IMG/VR virus record: IMGVR_UViG_3300023184_007611
Coordinates: 37,046 to 101,045 of that record
Length of the DNA stretch: 64,000 bases
Origin: a virus
Direction: 5' to 3' (one strand)
Below, in pieces: positions 46,578-57,190 of this stretch. Position 1 is the first letter of the stretch; each line of letters starts with the position of its first letter. A program made the position numbers and the translations under genes. The notes under the pieces were generated by a model, which searched no databases, was not told where the DNA came from, and was given only the letters and a program-made list of their open reading frames with translations.

Positions 46578-47180
46578 ATGAACTTTAAACAATATTTTGA
46601 AAATGAAGAAATAGCAAATACAATATTCCTGTCAAACCATAAACAAAAGTTTGATAATATATTTGATGTGCTTAAAACTTTTGCAATTGAAGAGAATTTG
46701 CCACACCCAACAACTTATTTAAATCATGGAACTAATGCAATTATATTCGATACTACAAATCCAAATGTAATAGCAAGAATAGTATGGCTGAATTCACCTA
46801 TGCTTGGTAGGAAAAGCTGTGATAAAGTTATGGCACAAAAACAATTTCAAAACTCTGGCGGTGTATGTAGAATATATCTCCATGAAGATAATTATGAAGA
46901 TATTGATGGAAATACACACGAAATTACCTATAAGGAAAAATTAAATACTAAATGGCAAAATTATATAAAAGAACAATATCCAAATGATGCAAATAATATT
47001 ATTAAAATACTATCAAATATGAATGCATCATATAGATATGAAGATTTAAATTATTTAAATGACTTTGATTCCCTAAAGAACCTCGTTAATGCAATAAGAC
47101 TTGGATTGCCAACATTTGACTTGCATGCTGATAATTTTGGCATAGATAAAAAAAATAACATAGTTGTTGTAGATTGTTAA
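46578..47180 (+). CDS. Leader + protein-kinase-like (APH/PK fold) domain
   Basis: LNHGTNAIIF Gly-loop, DLHADN catalytic loop, VVVD metal-binding Asp. Confidence 0.62.
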   Translation: MNFKQYFENEEIANTIFLSNHKQKFDNIFDVLKTFAIEENLPHPTTYLNHGTNAIIFDTTNPNVIARIVWLNSPMLGRKSCDKVMAQKQFQNSGGVCRIYLHEDNYEDIDGNTHEITYKEKLNTKWQNYIKEQYPNDANNIIKILSNMNASYRYEDLNYLNDFDSLKNLVNAIRLGLPTFDLHADNFGIDKKNNIVVVDC

Positions 47181-47193
47181 ACAGCAATCTGTT

Positions 47194-47706
47194 TTATAAA
47201 TGTTTTTCCAAAAACATCTTTATGTCTGCAAGTAAATCTATATTTTGTTCTACTTTTTCTTTAGGCCAATCCCACCATCTTATTTCCATCAATTTGTCTA
47301 TTACTTCTTTCTCGAATCTATATCTGATAATCTTAGCAGGATTACCAGCGACAATCGCAAATGGTGGAACATCTTTAGTAACAACTGCTCTAGCACCAAC
47401 AATAGATCCGTGACCAATAGTAGTACCACCAAATATCATTGCTTCTGTACCAATCCAACAATCAGACCCTATTTCAATTGGCCCTTTATCTTTTCCTGCT
47501 GGATAGTTGGAGTTTGGGTAATGTGATTTAAATCTGAAGTTACTTACAGTTGGATGATGTATTGAAGCATGATCAATAGGTCCACCACAAAGAAATGTAA
47601 CTCTTCGTGCAATCCCAGAGTAATTTCCAACCGTTATTTGTCCCTTTGGAAAATACATGATGCAGTCTTGATTTATGGTAGAAAGAGTTCCGAGAGTTAT
47701 TCCCAT
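47194..47706 (-). CDS. Hexapeptide-repeat O-acetyltransferase (CatB/Vat-like)
   Basis: IGSDCWIG, IGHGSIVGARAVVTKDVPPFAIVAGNPAK, WWDW. Confidence 0.9.
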   Translation of the reverse strand: MGITLGTLSTINQDCIMYFPKGQITVGNYSGIARRVTFLCGGPIDHASIHHPTVSNFRFKSHYPNSNYPAGKDKGPIEIGSDCWIGTEAMIFGGTTIGHGSIVGARAVVTKDVPPFAIVAGNPAKIIRYRFEKEVIDKLMEIRWWDWPKEKVEQNIDLLADIKMFLEKHL

Positions 47707-47840
47707 GAATTTATTACAGTATTAGTGCAAAAATTAAATAAAATATTTAAAACCAACATTGACTTAATTTTTAAACTTCGTTAAATTAATTTATCGCATT
47801 GGGATAAAGAATTCATCTAGACTCGAATTCCCAAAAAGTA

Positions 47841-48548
47841 ATGTGTTGTTGCTTCCCAATGCGTTTTAAAGGAAATTATAATATGTGGATTTGTAACAAT
47901 AATCAAAAAGTAATCACTGGGCCTTTGAAAACCCTACTTATTAATGCTGCACATTTTATGATCAATGATATGGTAGGATTCGATATCCCACAAGATATGA
48001 GAAATAAAAAAACAATTGAAGAAATAATTCAAACTTTGAATGAAGAAAATGAAATAGTTGCTTACTTAAACCCAATCTTTGAAAACTTATCTTCATTTGA
48101 AAAAATTTACGCAACACATTATGTCTTAACCCATCTTTTCAATAGTAAAGTTAAAGCTCCTGCTTTATCTTTATGGATGGAAGGTACAATTGATGTTTTG
48201 TTTAATTTAATCATATCTAGTATAGAGGTTGAAATTGATGATCAGGATGAAATTGATGATGAAAAATTTAAATACAGAATGAGAAAGATTGTAGTTGAAG
48301 CAGCCAAACAATATTCTAACGAAAAAGATATTTGTAAGAAAAATATAGAAAAAATAAAAAATGCCGAATTTTGGATTTTTCAAATAAATATTTTAAAATG
48401 TTTGGTGCTTTCTGTCGATGCTTTTGAGGATGATATGGAAGATGCTGAAGCTGGCACTGAACTTAAAGGAGAACACTTGCCAACAATTAAAATTGAAAAA
48501 AAAACTATTGTTAAAATGATAAACGATATATTAAAGATGAAATCATGA
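47841..48548 (+). CDS. Hypothetical protein (start probably MWICN, 47883)
   Basis: AAGGA SD before 47883; sigma70-like TTGACT-17-TAAATT at 47759. Confidence 0.6.
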   Translation: MCCCFPMRFKGNYNMWICNNNQKVITGPLKTLLINAAHFMINDMVGFDIPQDMRNKKTIEEIIQTLNEENEIVAYLNPIFENLSSFEKIYATHYVLTHLFNSKVKAPALSLWMEGTIDVLFNLIISSIEVEIDDQDEIDDEKFKYRMRKIVVEAAKQYSNEKDICKKNIEKIKNAEFWIFQINILKCLVLSVDAFEDDMEDAEAGTELKGEHLPTIKIEKKTIVKMINDILKMKS

Positions 48549-49102
48549 AACTACCTTCTATTAACAATATTCCTCTATCTTATATCCAATATGTCGTAAA
48601 GATAGATGCTTCCTCACCTTCTGGACTTACTTGGCTATATAGAAAAGATATGCCAAATAGATGGAATACTAGATTTGCTAATAAACCTGCTGGATGTAAA
48701 TCTACCAACTCAGATGCTTATCAAAAATGGGGGATTAAAATTACTTATAAAGGAAAACAAAAAGGTTTACAAGCCAGCAGAGTTGTTTTCCTTTTGCAAA
48801 ATGAGTATCTTACAAAAGGTAAAGAAGTTGATCATATTGATGGCAATTCACTCAACAACAACCCTCTTAACCTAAGAGAAACTAACCGCTTTCAAAATAG
48901 CTATAATAGCAAACTAAGAAAAAATAATACTTCTGGTCACAAAGGTATTTGTTGGTATGCTTCAAAAAGCAAATGGGTAGTTAGAATAAGAAAAAATGGT
49001 AAAAACCATTTCCTTGGCTTATTTGCAAATAAAGAAGATGCTATCAAAACATCTATAGAAGCACGAAAAAAACTACATGGCGACTTTGGGAGAGATAAAT
49101 AA
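48545..49102 (+). CDS. HNH endonuclease with C-terminal AP2 DNA-binding domain
   Basis: VDHIDGNSLNN...NLR...N; NTSGHKGI.W...KW...LG. Confidence 0.88.
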   Translation: MKLPSINNIPLSYIQYVVKIDASSPSGLTWLYRKDMPNRWNTRFANKPAGCKSTNSDAYQKWGIKITYKGKQKGLQASRVVFLLQNEYLTKGKEVDHIDGNSLNNNPLNLRETNRFQNSYNSKLRKNNTSGHKGICWYASKSKWVVRIRKNGKNHFLGLFANKEDAIKTSIEARKKLHGDFGRDK

Positions 49103-49251
49103 TGATAACTTCTGAACCCTTACTTGAAAACTTTGCACTTACTCCTCATCTAATTCTAATATTAGAACAAATTAAAAATGAAGATTATATTCTATATAAA
49201 GAAATAATGGAAACAATACAAAAAAAATTCCAAACCCTAAAAACAAAATGA
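49102..49251 (+). CDS. Small hypothetical protein (49 aa, absent from ORF track)
   Basis: Fills the gap exactly, with start/stop overlaps at both ends. Confidence 0.5.
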   Translation: MITSEPLLENFALTPHLILILEQIKNEDYILYKEIMETIQKKFQTLKTK

Positions 49252-49805
49252 AAAAACTAAAATCTATAAAAGGTATTCCTCTATCCTATATCCAATCTAT
49301 CCTTAAAATAGATCCTCTTTCACCCTCTAAACTTACTTGGCTTCCAAGAGAATATGACATAAGATGGAACAATAGATATGCCAATAACCATGCTGGATGT
49401 AAACATACAATCAAAAGTGGATATCAAATATGGGATATATCAATTTCTTATAATGGCAAAAAACTTATATTAACATGCAGTAGAATTATTTTCCTTTTAA
49501 ATAAAGGTTATCTAACTAAAGGTAAATGTATTGATCATGAAGATAATAACCCATTAAATAATAATCCAGATAATCTTAGAGAAAGCACAAAAGGTCAAAA
49601 CAATCTAAACACTAAACTAAGAAAAACTAATACTTCTGGTTATAAAGGCGTTTCTTGGCATAAAACCTGTCGTAAATGGCAAGTAAGAATAAAAGTAAAT
49701 GGCAAAGAACATTACTTTGGCTACTTTGTCAATAAAGAAGATGCTATAAAAGTCGCTATAAAAGCACGAAAAAAACTCCATGGTGACTTCGGGAGAAACA
49801 AATGA
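49248..49805 (+). CDS. HNH-AP2 endonuclease
   Basis: IDHEDNNPLNN..NLRE; NTSGYKGVSW. Confidence 0.88.
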   Translation: MKKLKSIKGIPLSYIQSILKIDPLSPSKLTWLPREYDIRWNNRYANNHAGCKHTIKSGYQIWDISISYNGKKLILTCSRIIFLLNKGYLTKGKCIDHEDNNPLNNNPDNLRESTKGQNNLNTKLRKTNTSGYKGVSWHKTCRKWQVRIKVNGKEHYFGYFVNKEDAIKVAIKARKKLHGDFGRNK

Positions 49806-50338
49806 AACTACCTTCTATCAATACTATCCCCCTATCCTATATCCAATCTATCCTTAAAATAGACCCAACTTCACCTTCTGGTCTAACTTGGATAAAAAAA
49901 TCCAAAATAGCTGGTACTTTGAAGGCTTATAAGGAAAAGGGAGTTCTTACTGGAAAAAAATATTGGGTCATCAAAGTTCCTTATAACGGCAAAAGATATG
50001 ACCTGATAGTTCATCGCATTATATTACTACTTAAACAAAAAGAGTTAGATACAGATAAAGAAGTTGATCATGATGATGGCGATACATTAAACAACAACCC
50101 TGATAACCTTAGAGAATCTACCCATTCTCAAAATATGCACAACAGCAAAGTACCAAAAAATAATACTTCTGGTCACAAAGGAATCTTTTGGCATAAAGCA
50201 AGCGGTAAATGGGAAGTTAGAATAAGACTTAATGGAAAATTATGTAACTTTGGTCTTTATGAAAAACTAGAAGATGCAATCAAAGCATCTATAAAAGCAC
50301 GAAAGAAACTTCATGGTACTTTCGGGAGAATTAAATGA
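49802..50338 (+). CDS. HNH-AP2 endonuclease
   Basis: VDHDDGDTLNN..NLRE; NTSGHKGIFW. Confidence 0.88.
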   Translation: MKLPSINTIPLSYIQSILKIDPTSPSGLTWIKKSKIAGTLKAYKEKGVLTGKKYWVIKVPYNGKRYDLIVHRIILLLKQKELDTDKEVDHDDGDTLNNNPDNLRESTHSQNMHNSKVPKNNTSGHKGIFWHKASGKWEVRIRLNGKLCNFGLYEKLEDAIKASIKARKKLHGTFGRIK

Positions 50339-50580
50339 TCTATGAATTTAGAAATCCTATGCCTGTAGAAACCCCTCTAGGGTATGGGATGCTTGTTTAT
50401 GTCCGTGATGGCGGTATGTTTTCAAACGATGTATTCGCTATTGTCAACGATGTATTCGCTATTGTCTCTGAAGTAGATGGCAAACTTCGCCATTTCCGTA
50501 ACGATCAGTTTAGATTTTTACCAAACCCTACTTTCGATATTGAAAATGTAGGCAATATTCAAGAAAACAAAAACCCTTAA
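50335..50580 (+). CDS. Small phage protein MIYEFRNPMP, copy 1 (with internal 21-bp duplication)
   Basis: Near-identical to 51575; aacgatgtattcgctattgtc duplicated in tandem. Confidence 0.75.
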   Translation: MIYEFRNPMPVETPLGYGMLVYVRDGGMFSNDVFAIVNDVFAIVSEVDGKLRHFRNDQFRFLPNPTFDIENVGNIQENKNP

Positions 50581-50591
50581 GAGAACCAAAC

Positions 50592-50969
50592 ATGCCAGCA
50601 TTACCTTCTATAAACAATTCAGTAATAATAAATATTAAACCCATTTGCAGGAAAAATGATATAATTAAACAAGCTATCCAAAAGATTCTTGAAGAAAATC
50701 CAACAAAATTCCACAAAGTTAAACCAAATGAAATAATAAAAAAAATTATTGAATTAAACCCAGATTTTAAGCTGAACCATTCTTACAGAGTAATGACTTC
50801 AATATTATTAAAAAAAGAAAAATTAAACCAAAAAAAATTACAAAGTAATAACATAAATCTAAATGATAATATTATAAAACTGGCACTTCGCTTAATTATC
50901 GCAACTGGCGGAGTAAATGAAGCAAAACTAGCTATTCAATCCGCTTACAATTTCATTCATGTAAATTAA
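50592..50969 (+). CDS. Hypothetical protein sharing its 5' end with the 51015 HNH-AP2 gene
   Basis: ccttaagagaaccaaacATGccagcattaccttctataaac is identical at both gene starts. Confidence 0.6.
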   Translation: MPALPSINNSVIINIKPICRKNDIIKQAIQKILEENPTKFHKVKPNEIIKKIIELNPDFKLNHSYRVMTSILLKKEKLNQKKLQSNNINLNDNIIKLALRLIIATGGVNEAKLAIQSAYNFIHVN

Positions 50970-51014
50970 TAATATGTCTTTGTCATACAACAAAAAACCT
51001 TAAGAGAACCAAAC

Positions 51015-51578
51015 ATGCCAGCATTACCTTCTATAAACGATATCCCCCTATCCTATATCCAATCTATCCTTAAAATAGATCCCTCTACCCAAACTGGACT
51101 TACTTGGCTTCTTAGACCAAATGCTCCTAAACAATGGAATACTAGATACGCTAATAAACCAGCTGGCTATAAACATGGCTCCAAAAATACAAATAGACAA
51201 ACTTGGAGAGTAGATATTAAATATGGCGATAAAATATTCAAACTCTTTGCCCATCGTATCATCTGGCTCTTAAATCAAAAAACTATAGACCCAGATCTGG
51301 AAATTGATCATAAAAATGGAAATCCATTAGATAATAGAATAGAAAACCTCAGATTAGATACTAAATCCAAAAATATGCAAAATAGAAAATTATGCTCCAG
51401 AAATACAAGTGGCATAAAAGGCGTTTATTATGATAAATTCCATGATAAATATGTCGCACAAATAAGATGTAATAAAAAAAAGATATGTCTTGGTCACCAT
51501 GATACCAAAGAAGAAGCTCAAAAAGTTGTTGTAGAAGCTAGAAAAAAACTACATGGTGAATTTGGGAGAGATAAATGA
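51015..51578 (+). CDS. HNH-AP2 endonuclease
   Basis: AHRIIW, IDHKNGNPLDNRIENLR, NTSGIKGV. Confidence 0.88.
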   Translation: MPALPSINDIPLSYIQSILKIDPSTQTGLTWLLRPNAPKQWNTRYANKPAGYKHGSKNTNRQTWRVDIKYGDKIFKLFAHRIIWLLNQKTIDPDLEIDHKNGNPLDNRIENLRLDTKSKNMQNRKLCSRNTSGIKGVYYDKFHDKYVAQIRCNKKKICLGHHDTKEEAQKVVVEARKKLHGEFGRDK

Positions 51579-51811
51579 TCTATGAATTCAGAAATCCTAT
51601 GCCTGTAGAAACTCCTCTAGGTTATGGCATGCTCGTCTATGTCCGTGATGGCGGTGTTTTTTCAAATGATGTATTCGCTATAGTATCTGAATTAGATGGT
51701 AAACTTCGTCACTTCCGTAGCGATCAATTTAGATTTCTACCAAACCCTACTTTCGATATTGAAAATATAGGCAATATCCAAGAAAATAAAAATAAAATTA
51801 ATGAAATTTAA
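51575..51811 (+). CDS. Small phage protein MIYEFRNPMP, copy 2
   Basis: Paralog of 50335. Confidence 0.75.
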   Translation: MIYEFRNPMPVETPLGYGMLVYVRDGGVFSNDVFAIVSELDGKLRHFRSDQFRFLPNPTFDIENIGNIQENKNKINEI

Positions 51812-51884
51812 TCGCTCTGATTAAAAAAAATAATAAATAAATGTAAATAAAATATTATACTAAATAAACATAAAGGTTAATAAT

Positions 51885-52887
51885 ATGAACTTTTTAGTTG
51901 CACAAGGAATCGGAGATTCTATCTGGGGACTCTTTAAAGCACAATCAATCGCACAATACTACAACCAACAAGAAATAAATATAAAAGTCGCAGGAGTTAA
52001 AAATGAAAATAAATGGATACAAACAGTACAAGTAAGAGCACTAGACTTTATTAAAAGATTTGACTTCGTAAATAATGCAGAATTCTATTCTATGCCAGTT
52101 ACTGACAAAAAAGGACCAGTACTTCTAAAAGGCGAAGCTAGTGATCAAAATGGAATCTTAAGATATATAAATCATGGAAAAAATATTTATAAAAACTTGA
52201 AAAATATTGATTACATACTCATCTCAAATCAAATACTAGAACAAGGAAATAGATTGGAAACTTGGTTGCCTCAATTTGATCTAAATTGGGACTTAGTCAG
52301 AAAACATTATAAGTTTACACAAGAAGAAATTGAAATTGCAAATAATCTTAAAAACGAAATAGGTGAATATTGCATCTTCTATCTAGGACCCCGAACAAGG
52401 AAATATAGTCGGAGGTAATGGATTTAATAAAGATGCATTGTGGAAACCAATTGACTGGGTAACTCTAGGAGATTATATCCATGAAAAGTTTGGCCTGAAA
52501 ATACTTGTCATAGGTGCTTCATATGATAATGATTATTACCAAAAATATATTCTTAATAAAATAAAAAATAAAAACTTTTGGATCTCTAAAATTGGAAACT
52601 ATGAAATTAATCAAACCTTTGCAATTTGTAAAAATAGTAAGTTTACAATATCCTATGCAAGCGGTATCGGAATCGTTTCTCATTACTTAGATGTTCCAAC
52701 TTGTATCTTCTGGAGGCCTAAACATAACTCAATAAGTAATAAAAATTATATCTCTTTCAATGAATCAATGTCTTATGCTTGGACTTATCCAGATTGGAAA
52801 GAAAAAGCAAGCTATTATCCAGCCTTCTATACCGTAGATAACCCAAAATCAATCTTTAATGTCATAACTAATAATAAATGGGCCTAA
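51885..52887 (+). pseudogene. GT9-like (heptosyltransferase-type) glycosyltransferase split by a +1 frameshift
   Basis: N-terminal GIGDSIW; removing one C from CCCC (52389-52392) gives YLGPEQGN...LWKPIDW...SGIGIVSH in one frame. Confidence 0.75.
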
Positions 52888-53050
52888 TCCACAACCTATA
52901 TAACTTAAAAGAGGATTTATTTTAAAGTATACTGGAAAAGAAAAAAGATTTATATTAAATGAAATACATACAAATAATAAATAATACATAACAACCAGAA
53001 ATTAAACAACTAATTAATAAATACTTATAATGAACTTTAAACATTGACTA

Positions 53051-53806
53051 TTACATTCCCTTTACACCTTCTAATTTAGCACCATCAAATTTACAACCAC
53101 TTAAATCAACTTTGCTATTACCATAATCCCTAAACTCTGCACCACTCAAATCAGCACCACTAAAATCAACATTTTCATATTTTTTAATCGTAGGACCGAA
53201 AATAGCACCTCTACAATCCGAATTAATTAATTTTACATTATTAAAATGACAACTGGCAAAGCGTTGATTTTTAAGTATTGAATTACTTAAATCAACATTA
53301 TTAAAAACACTTTCATTAAACCAAACAGGACCATTTTCAGCACTGAAATCTACAGCCCTCAAATTTACATTAATAAAATCCGCCCCAAATATTCTAACAC
53401 CTTTCCAATTAACACCAGTCAAAATAGCATTAGTAAAATTTGAATAGTGCAACACTGCATTAGTCAAATTAGCACCAGTCAAATTAGCACCAGTCAAATT
53501 ATTCTCTTTCGCTTTAGTACTTCTTCCTTCATACCTGCTTAATATTCTTAGTTCTGCACCTTCTAAATTTGCACCAATTAAATTTGCATCCATTAGTTTT
53601 ACTTTTGTGAATTTTACATTGCTAAGATTAGCACCAGAAAGATTAGCCTTTCTAAAATTAGTACCTGCTAAATATGCACCAGTAAGATTAACATCTGCTA
53701 AATATGCACCAGTAAGATTCACATCATTGTATAAACGCAAACCAACCAATGTATCCGCATTTACACTGTAAATAACTGTTCCATTTTTTTTCTTTATATC
53801 TATCAT
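53051..53806 (-). CDS. Pentapeptide-repeat protein
   Basis: A(N/D)L(T/S)G repeats. Confidence 0.9.
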   Translation of the reverse strand: MIDIKKKNGTVIYSVNADTLVGLRLYNDVNLTGAYLADVNLTGAYLAGTNFRKANLSGANLSNVKFTKVKLMDANLIGANLEGAELRILSRYEGRSTKAKENNLTGANLTGANLTNAVLHYSNFTNAILTGVNWKGVRIFGADFINVNLRAVDFSAENGPVWFNESVFNNVDLSNSILKNQRFASCHFNNVKLINSDCRGAIFGPTIKKYENVDFSGADLSGAEFRDYGNSKVDLSGCKFDGAKLEGVKGM

Positions 53807-54020
53807 TTTTATTTCCTTTATTTTACTTATTACATATTACCTTTTATTTATTATATATTACCTTGATTTTACTTCGTTTTTACATTATACTGGACTGAAT
53901 AAACTACCACACAGCAAACTCTAAACCACAAAAACGGCAAATTGGTGAAAAAATGGTGTTCAAAAGGTCAGCACTGTACTTGTTACACAGTGTTTTTTTA
54001 TACAGCGGTATAATAAATTT

Positions 54021-54434
54021 ATGAAAATAAGATTATTAAAAGAATCAGATTTAGATAAAGGTTTTAAGGATTGTCTAGAAACACTAGGAATTTTCAAGAC
54101 AACAGAGTTAATAAAAGTTTATAAGGAACGGAAGAAATATAAAATAAAAACATTTGTGGTTGTAGAAGGTGACAGAATAATAGCGACAGCTAGTTTAATT
54201 TTAGAACCTAAGTTTAGGTACGATGAAATTTGTGGTCATATTGAAGATGTATGTGTTTTACCAGAAAAGCAAGGATTTGGTATTGGTAAAAAATTAATGA
54301 AGTATTTAATCAATTATGCTAAGCATAAAAAATGTTATAAACTTATACTTAGTTCCGCCAGTAATAACATTACTTTCTACAGTAAACTTGGTTTTCACTT
54401 GCATGAAAACCATTTAAGATTAGATATTATATAA
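54021..54434 (+). CDS. GNAT acetyltransferase, glucosamine-6-phosphate N-acetyltransferase-like
   Basis: LILEPKF..CGHIEDVCV..QGFGIG, CYKLIL, FYSKLGF. Confidence 0.82.
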   Translation: MKIRLLKESDLDKGFKDCLETLGIFKTTELIKVYKERKKYKIKTFVVVEGDRIIATASLILEPKFRYDEICGHIEDVCVLPEKQGFGIGKKLMKYLINYAKHKKCYKLILSSASNNITFYSKLGFHLHENHLRLDII

Positions 54435-54595
54435 TTATTCGTTATTACACAGCATCAGAGGCCTTTATTTGATGTTTTCTTATAAGCAATAGGAAAAGAC
54501 ATTAATTATTAATAAATGTTATTAAAACGCATTTTAGGAGGTTTTTTAAAAATAAATAATATAAACATAATAAATAATATAAAAGGAATAATAAA

Positions 54596-55870
54596 ATGGC
54601 TAAAAAAAATTTATGGTACTGGGGAATCAATCATCATGTTAGAAGTACTCCTCCAGATCCTCGTAATGATTTTCTTCCGCATTTGGTAGGTGCAGGACTT
54701 AATTGGAGTTGGAAGCATATTACAGTTAATAGGGAAGGAGCACATGGTATAACTGAAAATGGTGATTTATACGGATGGGGAAATGATTGTGATTATGCTG
54801 AGGTTGCCACAAAAGTACCACCTTATTACAAAAGAGTTTGGTATTGCGTTTCTTTAACTGGTAAAGGTAGAAAAGAATGCAGGCCAGGACAACCAGGCTA
54901 TGATCCAGAATCTGGATTTATTAAAAATGGTCGTATTGTAAGACCAGAAGAAAAATGGAAAGATGTATCAAGAGGCGTTAGACATGTTGCTGGAATTACT
55001 AGAAGTGGAAGATTATATAGCTGGGGTACAAATTTCAACGGAGAACTTGGAAGAGGTAGAGAAATCGAACAACCAGGTAGATTGAAACCAAATCAAGTTG
55101 TTTCTTATAAAGGCATAAGGTTTTATCCTGTTGAAATAATGATTGGTGGAAATGATTGGATTCAGGTAAAATGTGGCTTTAAGTTTTCAATAGCATTAAA
55201 AGAAGATGGCTCAGTATGGTATTGGCCTACTAATGGTGGAAGAGGTTGCTCAGATTGTTTTAAATTCCCTAAACCACTTTGCAAAGGACAATTTTGTGGT
55301 CCTAAAAAAATAGCTACTGATTTCAAAAAAATCGCTTGTACATTTGACAGTGGCCAAGTTTATGGTCTTAAAAAAGATACTACAATTTGTAAATTTATTA
55401 GGTCATTTGGGAGTGAAGCAGAAGCTTCAGTTTTAACTCAATTAGGAGATGGATGGAAAGATGTTACATGCAATTTTAATGATGGAGGCGGTGGAATAAA
55501 AGAAGATGGAACTTTATGGACATGGGGACCAAATTATAGTGGCGAGCTTGGGATTAATAAAAGCAAAAATGAAGTTGTATATTCTTCTTCTCCAGTACAA
55601 ACAACTTTAGGTGGTAATGATTGGAAGTCAATTACTACTGGCAATAATTCTAATACAAAATATGCTATAAAAAATAATGGTAGTTTATGGTGTTGGGGAG
55701 GTAATTCCACAAACATAGGAATTGGTGGTCTTAATTTTGAAGTTCGTGAACCTATACAAAATATTAAAGATAGCGTAGGATGGAAAATGGTATCTACAGA
55801 TGTATTAGGAACATTAGCTATAAGAGATGTAAAATTTGAACCTACAACAACAGTACCACCTAATAATTAA
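54596..55870 (+). CDS. RCC1-repeat beta-propeller protein
   Basis: [30 protein letters not shown] repeats. Confidence 0.8.
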   Translation: MAKKNLWYWGINHHVRSTPPDPRNDFLPHLVGAGLNWSWKHITVNREGAHGITENGDLYGWGNDCDYAEVATKVPPYYKRVWYCVSLTGKGRKECRPGQPGYDPESGFIKNGRIVRPEEKWKDVSRGVRHVAGITRSGRLYSWGTNFNGELGRGREIEQPGRLKPNQVVSYKGIRFYPVEIMIGGNDWIQVKCGFKFSIALKEDGSVWYWPTNGGRGCSDCFKFPKPLCKGQFCGPKKIATDFKKIACTFDSGQVYGLKKDTTICKFIRSFGSEAEASVLTQLGDGWKDVTCNFNDGGGGIKEDGTLWTWGPNYSGELGINKSKNEVVYSSSPVQTTLGGNDWKSITTGNNSNTKYAIKNNGSLWCWGGNSTNIGIGGLNFEVREPIQNIKDSVGWKMVSTDVLGTLAIRDVKFEPTTTVPPNN

Positions 55871-55875
55871 TACAC

Positions 55876-56014
55876 GCATATCAGCAAGGTACATATCAGC
55901 AAGGTGCATATCAGCAAGGTACATATCAGCAAGGTGCATATCAGCAAGGTGCATATCAGCAAGGTGCATATCAGCAAGGTGCATATCAGCAAGGTACATA
56001 TCCTTGCTGATATG
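55876..56014. repeat. Non-coding 15-bp tandem array (8 copies of RCATATCAGCAAGGT) capped by one inverted copy
   Basis: Copies span 55876-55995; CCTTGCTGATATG at 56002-56014 is the reverse complement of the core. Confidence 0.95.
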
Positions 56015-56364
56015 GTTATATTAACTTATAGCAAGTAAAATACAACGAGATAACATAATAGTTGTTTGAACAACTGTTGTTTATAACGAGATAGTAAAAT
56101 GAGTAATTTAAGTAGTTTGAGTTATTTTTTTTAATTTATAAAAGTAATGGCTAAAGCTACAAACTAAAGAAGGTATTAATAAATTTAAGATTATAGTTCA
56201 GCCATTAATTATTATAAATGGTTTTAGTTTATATTATCAGTAAGATTTATTTTTATTTTCAAAGTATTTTTTGAAAAAAGGGTGGAATGGGAGAAGAGTG
56301 TTTGGTAGAACAAGGTAGAAGATGATGTGTACCTCTTCGCCCAGATTTAAAATGGAGGTAAGAT

Positions 56365-57012
56365 ATGAATAAGTGCTTACTAGGAAGTGTAATATTTGGA
56401 TGGTTTGCTGGTATAAAGGAAGTTCGAAGTATTAGAAAGAGTAAAAATGGTGTAAGTCCTATATCGGCACAGATAAAGTTAGAGGCAGGAAATACGATAG
56501 GCAACAAGTCAAGGGTGGAGTCTACGGATGTTAAATACAGTAAACTTATTAATGTTGAAACTAGTATAGAAGATTTAAAAATAATATTAAGTGGCATAAG
56601 AAGAGTTAACAAGTATTACAAACATGAATTCATGGACAAAAATACAGTATCTGATCAAATGATCAGTATTTTAGATAATTATTACAAAAGTAATAATACC
56701 ATGGATATAAATTACGCAAAGTCGATGTCATGTTTTGGAGTAGAGATAGCTCCTAGGTTATATTTGAAAGATGTAATAAATATAGATGCCATAGATAATA
56801 ATGATATTAATAATATAAGTTCTGATTTTTTAATAATTAAATTAATAGAGGATAAATTTTTAAAGAAGTTAATGTCTGGCAGTTATATTATGAAGGGTCA
56901 TGATTACAAGATGAAGATATTAAGTGATAATACGGTATTGATAGCGATACCAATAACACAAATAAAAGAAGTTTTTAAAAATATTAATAATTTCTTAAAA
57001 AATAAAATATAA
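56365..57012 (+). CDS. Hypothetical protein between two repeat clusters
   Basis: GGAGG SD; 215-aa ORF. Confidence 0.6.
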   Translation: MNKCLLGSVIFGWFAGIKEVRSIRKSKNGVSPISAQIKLEAGNTIGNKSRVESTDVKYSKLINVETSIEDLKIILSGIRRVNKYYKHEFMDKNTVSDQMISILDNYYKSNNTMDINYAKSMSCFGVEIAPRLYLKDVINIDAIDNNDINNISSDFLIIKLIEDKFLKKLMSGSYIMKGHDYKMKILSDNTVLIAIPITQIKEVFKNINNFLKNKI

Positions 57013-57044
57013 AAATTTCAAAAATTAATTTTTTTCAATTTCCT

Positions 57045-57167
57045 TATTGTACGGATGTACTTCATTTCCCTATTGCACGGATGTACTTAAATTTCGTATT
57101 GCACGGATGTACTTCATTTCCCTATTGCACGGATGTACTTAAGAATTCCTATTACACGGATGTACTT
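57045..57167. repeat. Iteron-like array: 5 x TATTRYACGGATGTACTT at 26-27 bp period
   Basis: Copies start at 57045, 57071, 57097, 57123 and 57150. Confidence 0.92.
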
Positions 57168-57190
57168 GAGATTCCAACGAGAGAATTCCA

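Noticed and set aside
47194-47706. Antibiotic-resistance gene (catB/vat)
   Set aside because: The hexapeptide fold is shared with sugar O-acetyltransferases, which fits the glycan genes here; resistance cannot be supported
55814-56024. ORFs MHLAD.../ISARC...
   Set aside because: Translations of the non-coding 15-bp repeat
56145-56207. TAATGGCT/AGCCATTA long hairpin as an ncRNA
   Set aside because: Single stem in very AT-rich DNA with no promoter, terminator or further structure; insufficient support
57045-57167. Possible CRISPR mini-array
   Set aside because: Repeats are 18 bp with 8-9 bp, partly identical spacers; no cas genes in the window
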